IMG/VR virus record: IMGVR_UViG_3300042914_002848
Origin: a virus
Taxonomy: Duplodnaviria; Heunggongvirae; Uroviricota; Caudoviricetes
DNA length: 64,000 nt
Direction: 5' to 3' (one strand)
Shown here: piece after piece, positions 8,538 through 18,130 of the stretch
Layout: each line of letters starts with the position of its first letter
How positions within the stretch are numbered: position 1 is the first letter of the stretch
The notes under the pieces: model-generated
Databases searched by the model: none
What the model saw: the letters and a program-made list of their open reading frames with translations, nothing else
Told to the model about the DNA's origin: nothing
Translations under genes and position numbers: made by a program

Positions 8538-9530
8538 TTAAAATATATCACCCCAATCTTCACCTTCACCTGCTTTACTATAATCGGTTGGCCTCATAGC
8601 AAAGAAATCAGTATGAGTCAATCCTCCCGTAAGGTGGTAAAACCACTCTAAATTACCTGCACTAACTTTATCATACTCAAATATGGGGTCATAACCTAAT
8701 TCAACCAATTTTTCGTTAGCTCTTTGTTTTATAAACTCTTTTAAATCTACTGCTGACAAGTTTTCTAAATCACCCATCTCAAACATCTTATCAATAAACT
8801 TTAGTTCCATCTCCACCATCAACTTTGCAGCAAACTCTATATCTTTTCTTACCTCACCCAATAGTTCAGGAAATTCTTCACACATATGCCTGAATAACCC
8901 ACATCCCATTTTAGAATGTAAAGATTCATCCCTAACCGACCATTTCATCTGCTGACCTACTCCTTTCAGTAAGTTTCTCATCTGAAATGAATAAAGGACT
9001 GCAAACGATGAATACAAAGATACCCCCTCTGCAAACGCAGAAAAGATTGCCAAACTACGGCCTACCTCTGCTCTTGCTTTTGGATTTGTTTGTAACTCTT
9101 CAGGTGTCCAATTTGCTGATACTTGTGTTAGGAATTCAAATTTTTCTTTGATTTCCGGCTCATGCATAAATGCAGCAAAATCTTCTAATCCCAATGTTTC
9201 ATTAAGATAAGAATACGCAGTTGCATGGATTGTTTCTTGCGAACCAAACGCCATAGCCATCTGCCGTATCTCATGTTTTGGAAACCACTTTGTAACCATC
9301 CCTGTCCAATAATCAGAAACAGCGCATTCGGTTTGAGCGAACCCTAATAAGATATTGCCTACTAAATTCTTTTCATGCTTCTTTAAATTTTCTTTCCAAT
9401 CCTTCACATCCCCTTGCATTGGAATTTCGGTATGTAACCAAAAGGCCTGCATTTGGGGTAGCCATCCATCAGTATAATATTCTGGATATTCAAATGGTTT
9501 AAACGGTATTCTCTCTTCAAATAATCCCAT
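8538..9530 (-). CDS. nrdB: Ribonucleotide reductase class I beta subunit
   Basis: ETIHATAY (metal ligands plus radical Tyr), AEGVSLYSSF, RDESLH, HTDFF. Confidence 0.95.
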   Translation of the reverse strand: MGLFEERIPFKPFEYPEYYTDGWLPQMQAFWLHTEIPMQGDVKDWKENLKKHEKNLVGNILLGFAQTECAVSDYWTGMVTKWFPKHEIRQMAMAFGSQETIHATAYSYLNETLGLEDFAAFMHEPEIKEKFEFLTQVSANWTPEELQTNPKARAEVGRSLAIFSAFAEGVSLYSSFAVLYSFQMRNLLKGVGQQMKWSVRDESLHSKMGCGLFRHMCEEFPELLGEVRKDIEFAAKLMVEMELKFIDKMFEMGDLENLSAVDLKEFIKQRANEKLVELGYDPIFEYDKVSAGNLEWFYHLTGGLTHTDFFAMRPTDYSKAGEGEDWGDIF

Positions 9531-9559
9531 AATAATCTCCTAAAAATTTTGTGTGTAAA

Positions 9560-9567
9560 TATAAATA
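9560..9567 (-). promoter_or_regulatory. Putative late promoter TATTTATA
   Basis: Exact motif copy upstream of nrdB, followed by an AGGAGA SD. Confidence 0.6.
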
Positions 9568-9571
9568 CATT

Positions 9572-10930
9572 TTAAAACCCAATATCACCTTTCATATCTT
9601 TGTATTTTTGTAATAAATTTTTTCTTACCAAAGTTCCCCCATCTTTCATCTCTTTTTGGGTGTTTTGACCATCAATAGAATTATCATTGTATATCAAAAT
9701 TTGCCCATTTGAAAAATTAGCTTTAGAAGGAAATGTCATTCCATCAGGACCAAATCGGTTTTTAATGACATGCCATCTCCCCGTCCCTGCTAACTTATCA
9801 TCAATCTTCCTACTTAATGAAACTACGAAATCAGCAGTCATCAATTTGGAAAAAGAACCTGCAATTGATGTTCCCGTAATTACATCCTGCTCAGCACCAC
9901 TACGATTAATCTGCGACGCGGTATATAATGGAACACCATACTCCCCTGCCATCCCCCTTAAATCCACTATCAACTCTTCTAAAACCTCATACCGTTTTTC
10001 TTTAGCAGAACCTTTTAACAAATCAGCGTAATCCACCACAATTACATCAGGCTTCTTACCCTGCAGTATCATCCTATCTATATGAGCTTTTAAAGTATTC
10101 AAACCAGCAGCACCTGAATTAAATCCTTTAATAACCAAATCACCCTTTAACGAACCTACCACTTTTTCAACCTCTTCAATATTATACTTTAGGTTGGGTA
10201 TGGGTATCCCCGTGAAAAAGGAATCAAATCGTTGCCCCACCCATGTCTCCCATAATTCCAATGTATAATACACTACAATCTTACCACTCTTAACAGCGTT
10301 TGCCGCAACATTAACCAATGACCAGGACTTACCAATACCAGGCGGTGCTGCGAATATTATTAACTCACCCATTCCAAACCCACCTTGTGTAATTTCATCT
10401 ATAACATCCCATCCAGTTGGTATTGGATTTCTTGCCAAATCATCATACCTCTGAGTTACCATTATCTTATACTCATGCCCAACATCCGTTGGTTGACCTG
10501 CTTTCATAGCAGTATCAATGGTTGATTTTATCTTATCATACTTACCCTGCTCTAAAAGTGGTATTGAATCTAAGATAGCTTGTTTAAGTGATTGATTTGT
10601 GCAAAAGTTTAAAGTTTCTTCTTTTACATAATCTAAATCATCTGATTCTAAATCCCGCCAAACCTGCTTTAAGGTATCTATTACTGATGTTTTTAGAATA
10701 TCCCTCTCAATGGGGCTTATCTTCGTTTTAAGAACATCTAATGTTGGTTTGGATTCGTAGGTATCTATGTACTCTAAAATCGTTTTACACAACCATTCTG
10801 ATGCTTCTGAGTCAAAATATTGCGGCTTTAATATATCGTATATCTGTCTACTAAAAACCATATCCGATAATAAAGCGGATAAGATTTTAGTTTGAAACCC
10901 CGTTCCAAATTTACTTCCAAATTTTTCCAT
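9572..10930 (-). CDS. gp41: Replicative DnaB-like helicase (T4 gp41-like)
   Basis: Walker A APPGIGKS, IVVDYADLL, TASQINR, KNRFG. Confidence 0.9.
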   Translation of the reverse strand: MEKFGSKFGTGFQTKILSALLSDMVFSRQIYDILKPQYFDSEASEWLCKTILEYIDTYESKPTLDVLKTKISPIERDILKTSVIDTLKQVWRDLESDDLDYVKEETLNFCTNQSLKQAILDSIPLLEQGKYDKIKSTIDTAMKAGQPTDVGHEYKIMVTQRYDDLARNPIPTGWDVIDEITQGGFGMGELIIFAAPPGIGKSWSLVNVAANAVKSGKIVVYYTLELWETWVGQRFDSFFTGIPIPNLKYNIEEVEKVVGSLKGDLVIKGFNSGAAGLNTLKAHIDRMILQGKKPDVIVVDYADLLKGSAKEKRYEVLEELIVDLRGMAGEYGVPLYTASQINRSGAEQDVITGTSIAGSFSKLMTADFVVSLSRKIDDKLAGTGRWHVIKNRFGPDGMTFPSKANFSNGQILIYNDNSIDGQNTQKEMKDGGTLVRKNLLQKYKDMKGDIGF

Positions 10931-10936
10931 ATGATA

Positions 10937-10967
10937 CTAATATACAACCTTATTTGGTTTTTTCAAA
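10937..10967 (-). promoter_or_regulatory. Bacteroidetes sigma70-type promoter
   Basis: Sense TTTG-N19-TATATTAG, 6 nt upstream of the helicase ATG. Confidence 0.7.
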
Positions 10968-12005
10968 ATTATTTTTTAAAAGATTATCCAATCTCATAAA
11001 ACTATTCCGTAACCACAAATCTACATTCGCAAAAGCAGTATATAACTTATCATACATAAACATTTTTTTAAACTCCAATAAATTTAACTTTGGATGATGA
11101 TTATCTAAAATATCTCTCGTATTTGAAATAATTGATGTTGATATTTCAGGTAATTTTAATTGCATCAAATCGTAGTTTAATTCTATGGTTTCTACTGATT
11201 CCAATAATTTTTTTGATAGTTTATCATCGCACCGTTCTTTAATTCCAGTGATAAACTCATTATAATCTAACTCCCCATCGTTTAAGAAATCCATTTTACC
11301 TAAAATAGTTTTCTTACCAATCCCATTCACACCTTTAATGTTATCCGATGAATCGCCCATAATAACCCTATACCAAATAAGGTTTTGAGGCATTACACCC
11401 CACTCTTCTTTGACAATTGATTCATCATACATTATTTTCTTAATAGGTGAATAAACTTTAATTCGTTCATTCACCAATTGTAAAAAATCTTTATCAGATG
11501 ATAGTAATATCACCTCATTTTTAAAATAGTGGTTAGCCATCCAAGCCATCAAATCATCTGCTTCCACATAATCCACCTGCAAAAGAGTTACGGGTAGGTT
11601 TTGAAGATACTCATACAAACGAATGAATTGCTTACGCATAGATTCCTGCTGGTCCTCTATATCTTCATATCCCTGCAATCTATTCAGTCGTGTAAGGCCT
11701 GTTCTACCACCTTTATAATCGGAGTACATTTTTTTCCTCCGGTGCGAACCACCCTTACCATCAAATACAATGATAACACGAGTAGGGTTCAAATTTCTAA
11801 TAGTGGCTGCGGTGGATAACAGAAAGCCTGTTATACCACCACAGTGTTCACCATCATCGTTGAGAGCAGGGACTGCTCCGAAAACTCGAATGTACATATT
11901 CAACCCATCAATGATAAGGACTTTATCATTTAAGTTTTGATTTAAAACCGGTTGGTTTTCTTGTCCCAACTTACTCAACAAATCTTTGTAATTCTTAGTC
12001 ATCAA
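10950..12005 (-). CDS. rnh: 5'-3' exonuclease / T4 RNase H (FEN-like)
   Basis: IIDGLN, VFDGKGGS..R, YKGGR, EADD, SSDKDFLQL, GDSSDNIKGVNGIGKKT. Confidence 0.9.
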   Translation of the reverse strand: MMTKNYKDLLSKLGQENQPVLNQNLNDKVLIIDGLNMYIRVFGAVPALNDDGEHCGGITGFLLSTAATIRNLNPTRVIIVFDGKGGSHRRKKMYSDYKGGRTGLTRLNRLQGYEDIEDQQESMRKQFIRLYEYLQNLPVTLLQVDYVEADDLMAWMANHYFKNEVILLSSDKDFLQLVNERIKVYSPIKKIMYDESIVKEEWGVMPQNLIWYRVIMGDSSDNIKGVNGIGKKTILGKMDFLNDGELDYNEFITGIKERCDDKLSKKLLESVETIELNYDLMQLKLPEISTSIISNTRDILDNHHPKLNLLEFKKMFMYDKLYTAFANVDLWLRNSFMRLDNLLKNNFEKTK

Positions 12006-13128
12006 AATCGGATAGTTCTATATTATCAACATTTGCTTCATCGGATGCTTCTTTGTACGAAAGAATGTAAGAATTACAAATTTCGTTGTAGATTTTTTCC
12101 TTCACATCAGCACGAGTCTGAAGAATATCAGGAAAATTCTTTGCTTGAAACTTTATTTCTTCACCAGTTTCGTTATCCACCCAAGTATACCACGCACCAC
12201 TTTGATTGGCTAATTTATAGGTTTTCATCATTTCTAACCAAGAACCTAAGTTATCAATACCACTATCAAAGTAAATATCGTAATCAATTGAGCGTAATGG
12301 TGGGCCCATTCGGTTTTTAATAACCTGTGCTCGGGTTTTAATACCAATCACCTGTTCCACACCACCAACTTTTGCTTTCAACTGGCCCATTTGTTTCAAA
12401 CGGATTCTACAACTTGAATGGAATGCGATTGCCTTACCACCAGATGTAGTCCAAGGGTCGCCAAAACTTACCCCCATCCTGGTCCTTAATTGATTTGTAA
12501 AGATAAGAGTGATTCTTTCTCTACCAATTAAGTTGGTGATTTTACGCATTGCTTTTGAAATGATAATTGCTTTTTGAGTCGCGTATCCCGCCTGGTCATA
12601 ATCGGCTGAAATCTCAACCTTTGTTGATGCACCTGCTACGGAATCCACTACAATTGTAACCAATTTCTTTTTATCAGATTTTCTTACCGAATCAATAATT
12701 GAATCAATTGCTTCAAAAATATCTTCCACCGTTTCCAATGGAACATACAGCATCTTTTTCAAATCAACACCAATCGCTGCCAAAAACTCCTGATTAAGTG
12801 CGTTTTCAGTATCAATGTACACACCCAATCCACCCCTCTTTTGCGTATCCGCAATTGAGTGGGCCGCTACTAACGATTTACCACTACCTTCCAGCCCTGT
12901 AATTTCACAAATTCTTCCAACAGGTAAACCACCATTGGTTCGGTTTGAAATAGCCAAATCTAACATTTCAGAGCCAGTAGACACCCACTCGTCTAAGTCG
13001 GTGGGTGTCTGCTCTGAACCATCTAAATAATAAGCTACTTTGTGTTGGGATTTGAATTTTTTATTAAGATTATCAGCGAGTATGGTAGATAGTTCATCAC
13101 GAACTATATCTACTTTAGGTTTACTCAT
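11995..13128 (-). CDS. uvsX: RecA/UvsX recombinase
   Basis: GLEGSGKS Walker A, YIDTENA, IVVDSVA, NQLR, GGKAIAF, KNR. Confidence 0.92.
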   Translation of the reverse strand: MSKPKVDIVRDELSTILADNLNKKFKSQHKVAYYLDGSEQTPTDLDEWVSTGSEMLDLAISNRTNGGLPVGRICEITGLEGSGKSLVAAHSIADTQKRGGLGVYIDTENALNQEFLAAIGVDLKKMLYVPLETVEDIFEAIDSIIDSVRKSDKKKLVTIVVDSVAGASTKVEISADYDQAGYATQKAIIISKAMRKITNLIGRERITLIFTNQLRTRMGVSFGDPWTTSGGKAIAFHSSCRIRLKQMGQLKAKVGGVEQVIGIKTRAQVIKNRMGPPLRSIDYDIYFDSGIDNLGSWLEMMKTYKLANQSGAWYTWVDNETGEEIKFQAKNFPDILQTRADVKEKIYNEICNSYILSYKEASDEANVDNIELSDFDD

Positions 13129-13133
13129 ACTGA

Positions 13134-13895
13134 TTAATCGTTAAAAAGGTCGTCAAATGCTTCTTTTACTGAACTAGCTTTCGTTGTTGTTGGTGTGGAT
13201 TCTACAACTGCAGGTTGTTCTGCTTTTGCTTCTTCTTTTACCTCACCAGTTTCCAACCAAACCTCCAACATAACCTTCAACTCATCATAGGTATATCTTT
13301 TGAAAATGGTTGTTAAATCAGCTTGATTTTTTACCAACTGAACGATATTCTTATCTTCAGTCATAGGTGTGGTATTTGGTTTTACCCTAATAAATGTTTC
13401 AGGATAAGATTTACCAACCTCTGCAGCTGATTTGAATTCTACAGTGATATCCCTACCACTCATTGGGTCGGTCAAATCACCATAATCTGGGTCTGCGAAG
13501 AACGCAAGGATTTCTTGGTAAACCTGCTTACCAAAGCCCCAAAATTTTACACCCTCTGATTCCTCACCTCTTACCAAAATAGGAACATAAGTTCTCATCT
13601 TTGGTGTCAACTTCTTAGAGAGATTGTAATCTTCCCTATCCTTTGTTGCTTTCAATTGCTCTGAAAATTCAACGATAGGGTCTTTCTCACCAAAAGAAAT
13701 GGGTGATAGAATCGTCTTACCACCAAAATCAAAGTGGAAATACAACTCAATAAAAGGGTTTTCTTTGTTGTGCACATAAGGCACTAATCGGATTTGCTGT
13801 TTACCTGGATTCGGTTTCCATAAGGTATCAGTCTTTTGTACTTTTGTTTGAAGTGAATTCAAACGGTTTCGGATTGCATTTAAGTCAATTGCCAT
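13134..13895 (-). CDS. gp32: Single-stranded DNA-binding protein (T4 gp32-like)
   Basis: WKP, IRLVP, FWGFGK, DLTDPMSGRD, acidic C-terminus FDDLFND. Start MAIDL has a GGAG SD. Confidence 0.85.
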   Translation of the reverse strand: MAIDLNAIRNRLNSLQTKVQKTDTLWKPNPGKQQIRLVPYVHNKENPFIELYFHFDFGGKTILSPISFGEKDPIVEFSEQLKATKDREDYNLSKKLTPKMRTYVPILVRGEESEGVKFWGFGKQVYQEILAFFADPDYGDLTDPMSGRDITVEFKSAAEVGKSYPETFIRVKPNTTPMTEDKNIVQLVKNQADLTTIFKRYTYDELKVMLEVWLETGEVKEEAKAEQPAVVESTPTTTKASSVKEAFDDLFND

Positions 13896-13937
13896 AATTA
13901 CTCCATTTTTTAATAGGTTAAACAAAAATTATAGTCA

Positions 13938-13969
13938 CTAATATACAACATTTAGTTGACAATTCCAAA
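13938..13969 (-). promoter_or_regulatory. Bacteroidetes sigma70-type promoter
   Basis: Sense TTTG-N20-TATATTAG upstream of gp32. Confidence 0.7.
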
Positions 13970-14001
13970 TGTTTTTTCAAAAAAATTATTTTTTATTTTT
14001 T

Positions 14002-14391
14002 TTAATCTAAATTCTCTACTCTATAAATAGTAGTTCGCATGAATTTAAAACTATCATCAGAGGTTAATAATACCCCATTTTTATAATCATCCCAATTCAA
14101 CATATAGTTTTTATCTAAGATACCACCATTTAACGATTGAATAAGCCTGTTAAGGGCGTTTATCGTATATAAGGTGTTTGTTTCTCTTTTTCTATGAACC
14201 ATAATTGTATTTGGTAAAAATTTTGATGATGGTGATGGGATGATATTATAGCTGATAACCAACTCTTCTGAATTTTCTAAAGTCAATACGAATATCTTCT
14301 TACTGAAAAGAGTAAATCCATTTTTTATAGTACCTAAATCAGAATCGCATTTAAGTTCGGTTGTAAATGTTATCAGTAATTGTGTTTTCAC
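14002..14391 (-). CDS. Conserved-looking hypothetical protein
   Basis: 129-aa ORF, GTG start with a GGAG SD, HRKRETNTLYTINALN segment. Confidence 0.65.
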   Translation of the reverse strand: MKTQLLITFTTELKCDSDLGTIKNGFTLFSKKIFVLTLENSEELVISYNIIPSPSSKFLPNTIMVHRKRETNTLYTINALNRLIQSLNGGILDKNYMLNWDDYKNGVLLTSDDSFKFMRTTIYRVENLD

Positions 14392-14402
14392 TCATAGCTC
14401 CG

Positions 14403-16577
14403 TTATTTTTGTCTTTTACTATCTACTTTTTTAGAAATACAGCTTCTCATATCTTTTCCAAACCCACTTGCTACCTTTTGGGCAGTTCCCGCAGTTCTCC
14501 AAGTATCCTCAGCAATAGAGCGAGTCCCATTTTCATCTTTAATAAAGATTGAACCTGAAGATGCATCTATTTTACATTTTTCTCTTAAATATTTTTTTAA
14601 ATCAGCTTTACCTTTTGATGTTGAAGTATCCCCTTTGAATCCAGTTTGTTCAGCCAAACAACTACGAATATTTTCGGGTTGTGCACCTCTAATACCCATT
14701 TGTAAAATCATTTTACCATCACCACCATCTATGTATGAATCAAAATGCATTGCATCCATTACGGTTGAAATGTATCCTTGCGTATGTGGCCCGTTTATAC
14801 CATCCTTTGGATAACCGGCTTCGGCATCTGCATTATTAATAGTATCCACCAATTTTTTATGAGATGCATTGACAATATCCTTTTCCGACTCTTTTGTATC
14901 AATAGAATCCAAAACCGATTTATCATCAAAATTAATTTTTGGATATTTTTTCTTAAAATTTGCCTTTTGAGCAAATTCTCCAATTTTAATGGTAATCTTA
15001 CCGTATGGTTCATATGCCGGGGTTTTTCCGTTAGCAATCAAATCACGAGAGCGATTTTGCATCTCAACTAATAATTCTTTACTTGATAGTTTATTCACAT
15101 CAAGACCTTTATCTTGAAGATGTTTTAAGTATCCTTTATTAGATTTTAGTTTATTCATATATTTTTTCATTTCGGGAGTATCACATATTTTAGCAAATGA
15201 ATCGCTAATTTCAATATCATTGGTACGATTAACAGTTGCCTTCTTAACATCCGATACCTCAGAAATACTCCTATCAAGTGATTTGACTACCGTATTCGCA
15301 ACATCGTTACCATATTGTTCTTTAATGATTTTAAATCGGTTTGCAGGAGTGGTATTATTTTGTGGGTCACGTAACGAACTATCTTTTTTATTGGATATTG
15401 ATACAATAGTCATATTGCCGTTTTTATCCTCACCAATTACATATGTATCGTGATACTCTCTATACTTACTAAAAGATTTTATTTCATCTTCATAGTGTTT
15501 AATTGCGTTTTTATCACCACTTAATTTGGCGTTTTTTAATTTATTCTCTAAAATAGATTGAGTCTTATTATCAAGTTCAGTTGTAGATTGTACAGTGGTA
15601 TGCGGTTTTGATGTATCTAATGAAGTATTTTCTTTTAGAATTTTTCTTGTAGCCAAAGTACCATCATACGCGGTTCGAGCCCATTCTTTATACGCCTCTT
15701 CGTTTTCTTCAAACCCAGCTTTTCCTTTTAAGTAAAAAACCGAACCCTTAATACCTTTTATTCTTTCTAACTCTTTTTCTGCAAATATTTCACGAGTTGC
15801 AATATATTCGGCGGCGTCATCTGAATCAGGATTTAATCCTAACGCTTTTAAATCACGAGCGTTGTTAGCAGTTAATTTTGATTTTTTAAACTTTTCTTTT
15901 TTAGCATCAATAGCTTCTCTATTTTCAGACTTGAATTTTTCTTCATCATAGGTATTCATCGTATTACAATAACGAGATTCACCTTGCGATGCAACCGGAC
16001 CACCTGCACCTGCAATACCCATATCTCTATCTCTCTCAAGAGAGGCCTGTTCCTCTTTCATTTGAGATTGAACTTTTAAATTTGGAAAATCTGAATCGGA
16101 GTTTGAATCTCCACTATCCGATTTTTCTTTTTCTGCTTTTGCTATATCACTTTTGGTTGCTGTGTCTTGTGTTGTTTTATTAAATTTTTTAACCTGATAT
16201 ACTGAACCTGATTTTTTATTCTTAACCCAAACATCTTCTTCTAAATCCATTGTACCCGATTGTTCCATCTCCTGCTTCTTTTTCAGATATGCTTCTTTTT
16301 CAACATCGGTCATCATACCAAATTTAATCGCATCCAAATCCTTTTCTAATGGATTTTCCTCTTTAGGTTTTTCTTCCGTTGGAGGTGTTGGGGATTGCTC
16401 TAACAAACTTTTACGAAATTCATAAGCAATATCACTACCATACAATTCCTCTATTACCTGAGTAATCGCATTAATAGATTTTGTGCTATGTGGGTTTGTG
16501 AGTTCACCCCTTATTTCATTCCAAGTAAGTTGGGTTATTTCATTCAGTATATTATCTATAAAACTATTATTCTCCAT
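14403..16577 (-). CDS. Large hypothetical, probably late/virion-associated protein
   Basis: 724-aa ORF; TATTTATA 3 nt upstream; N-terminal ..ILNE leader; possible PD-(D/E)xK-like E..D..ISNK. Confidence 0.6.
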   Translation of the reverse strand: MENNSFIDNILNEITQLTWNEIRGELTNPHSTKSINAITQVIEELYGSDIAYEFRKSLLEQSPTPPTEEKPKEENPLEKDLDAIKFGMMTDVEKEAYLKKKQEMEQSGTMDLEEDVWVKNKKSGSVYQVKKFNKTTQDTATKSDIAKAEKEKSDSGDSNSDSDFPNLKVQSQMKEEQASLERDRDMGIAGAGGPVASQGESRYCNTMNTYDEEKFKSENREAIDAKKEKFKKSKLTANNARDLKALGLNPDSDDAAEYIATREIFAEKELERIKGIKGSVFYLKGKAGFEENEEAYKEWARTAYDGTLATRKILKENTSLDTSKPHTTVQSTTELDNKTQSILENKLKNAKLSGDKNAIKHYEDEIKSFSKYREYHDTYVIGEDKNGNMTIVSISNKKDSSLRDPQNNTTPANRFKIIKEQYGNDVANTVVKSLDRSISEVSDVKKATVNRTNDIEISDSFAKICDTPEMKKYMNKLKSNKGYLKHLQDKGLDVNKLSSKELLVEMQNRSRDLIANGKTPAYEPYGKITIKIGEFAQKANFKKKYPKINFDDKSVLDSIDTKESEKDIVNASHKKLVDTINNADAEAGYPKDGINGPHTQGYISTVMDAMHFDSYIDGGDGKMILQMGIRGAQPENIRSCLAEQTGFKGDTSTSKGKADLKKYLREKCKIDASSGSIFIKDENGTRSIAEDTWRTAGTAQKVASGFGKDMRSCISKKVDSKRQK

Positions 16578-16580
16578 AGG

Positions 16581-16588
16581 TATAAATA
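16581..16588 (-). promoter_or_regulatory. Putative late promoter TATTTATA
   Basis: Exact copy, 3 nt from the ATG at 16577. Confidence 0.55.
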
Positions 16589-16594
16589 TCTTTA

Positions 16595-17797
16595 TTATAT
16601 AGTAAACATATTCTTATAGTCATCTCCAACCTCTACCTTTACAGGATATCCACCCCACTCCATAATCTCTTTTACCTTTTGTGGATATGTATCTATTTCA
16701 TCTTCGGATACATCAAATAGGATTGAGTCATAAGTGTAAAGAACAGGTACTGATTTATAACCCTCTAATTGTTTACTTAGTTTATTTATAATAAGTATGT
16801 TTCTTTCCGTTTCTAATGCTTGTAAAATATAGTTAAATAGTTTATTTTTGTTCATTTCCGGCAGTTTTCTAATAAGCCGTTTAAATATTGGTGTTTCAAC
16901 CCCAGCATTAAACAAATATTCATCCCATAACCTATCAATTACGATAGAAACCGATTCGTAGAATGGTATGTGTTTATACTCATCCTGCACCCCACCATAG
17001 AGTTGTCTAAAGGTTATTGGTTTTGCTTGCTCCATAGGTACTCCATACTGTTGACCTAACCAATTGTGAGCGGACATGTCCATTGGTATGGGGTTTCCTA
17101 TTAAACCTCCAATTAATCGGATGTGATACCCATCATAATCAAAACTGAATAACTTGCCCCCAACAAATCGGGATACAAACCTGCTTCGGGTATCATCCCC
17201 CTTTTTCAATGCAGCGTAATTAATACCATTGAAAGCATTGGAAGGGCGGGAGGTGGATGTTAAAAAATTATATTGTGTCATTTCCAACCCATCTTTGGAT
17301 TGAAATCCATTCTTTTCTATATTATAAAGTGAGTGTGGGTATAGTGTAGAAAATTTTGTAGGTTCTACATTGGTTGATTTAAATAATTTTTTCCATTCAC
17401 CAAAGAACTCATAGTGTTTTAGTATAGGTATTAAATCTCCTACCTTTGGAATTCCCCTTCGTCTGAAAACATTGTGAATAGGTAACTCATTCACACTATA
17501 TTCTAATCCCAAATGAAATAGGTATGCTTGTAAATCATAAAGGTTATCAGTTTTGTAATGATATAAAAACGATTTTAAATCTACCACAAATACCTTCTTA
17601 AATCTACTCAAGTCTAATTCCCCACCAAATGGTTCTACATCCAAGTTTTTGTAGTTGATACAGCAATCAATCTCCCCATCGGAAATGAATAGGCAAGATA
17701 ATTCCGTTTGAGCAGAGTGTTTGCTCAAAGAACTATATATTGGATACACCAAAACCCTGTCCGCAGACAGGGTGGTTGAGATTTCATTAAAAATCAT
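16595..17797 (-). CDS. Minimal family A DNA polymerase
   Basis: TSTSRPSN, motif A FDYDGYHIRL, motif B KPITFRQLYG, NYILQALETE, motif C YTYDSILFD. Confidence 0.8.
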   Translation of the reverse strand: MIFNEISTTLSADRVLVYPIYSSLSKHSAQTELSCLFISDGEIDCCINYKNLDVEPFGGELDLSRFKKVFVVDLKSFLYHYKTDNLYDLQAYLFHLGLEYSVNELPIHNVFRRRGIPKVGDLIPILKHYEFFGEWKKLFKSTNVEPTKFSTLYPHSLYNIEKNGFQSKDGLEMTQYNFLTSTSRPSNAFNGINYAALKKGDDTRSRFVSRFVGGKLFSFDYDGYHIRLIGGLIGNPIPMDMSAHNWLGQQYGVPMEQAKPITFRQLYGGVQDEYKHIPFYESVSIVIDRLWDEYLFNAGVETPIFKRLIRKLPEMNKNKLFNYILQALETERNILIINKLSKQLEGYKSVPVLYTYDSILFDVSEDEIDTYPQKVKEIMEWGGYPVKVEVGDDYKNMFTI

Positions 17798-17801
17798 TCA
17801 A

Positions 17802-17832
17802 CAAATATACAAAAGAAATTTGATATTACAAA
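17802..17832 (-). promoter_or_regulatory. Bacteroidetes sigma70-type promoter
   Basis: Sense TTTG-N19-TATATTTG (perfect), 4 nt upstream of the PolA ATG. Confidence 0.75.
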
Positions 17833-17987
17833 TAGAGAACTTCAATATTGTAGCCCGAAACACGATAAACTGAACTAAACAACCCACCCTCAGTCTTTGT
17901 TACTTTGTAACCAAGCGCTTTCATCCTACGGGCGAAAAGGAGTTGCGAATAAAATGGGACTTTGAATTTTTTCCAATATTTTTTCAT
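17826..17987 (-). CDS. Small basic hypothetical protein (53 aa)
   Basis: Hand translation MKKYWKKFKVPFYSQLLFARRMKALGYKVTKTEGGLFSSVYRVSGYNIEVLYL*. Fills the gap and has its own promoter. Confidence 0.55.
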   Translation of the reverse strand: MKKYWKKFKVPFYSQLLFARRMKALGYKVTKTEGGLFSSVYRVSGYNIEVLYL

Positions 17988-18022
17988 AGTGTGGGAGTTA
18001 GTTTCTCAATCATCTTACATAG

Positions 18023-18054
18023 TAAAGATACGAAAGAAACCCCATATTTCCAAG
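18023..18054 (-). promoter_or_regulatory. Bacteroidetes sigma70-type promoter (variant)
   Basis: Sense CTTG-N20-TATCTTTA. Confidence 0.55.
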
Positions 18055-18106
18055 CTTTTGGGATTAAATTTTCATTAAAGTTATCCACATTTTGCTCTAA
18101 ACCCAC

Positions 18107-18130
18107 GAAAACTGTCCAATTTATTGGACA
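18107..18130 (-). terminator. Intrinsic terminator ending the baseplate operon
   Basis: Sense TGTCCAAT-AA-ATTGGACA followed by GTTTT, immediately after the stop at 18131. Confidence 0.6.

Noticed and set aside
18081-18089. Perfect DnaA box TTATCCACA at the late/early boundary
   Set aside because: Single copy; a rough base-composition estimate gives about one expected by chance in 64 kb, and there is no cluster or DUE.
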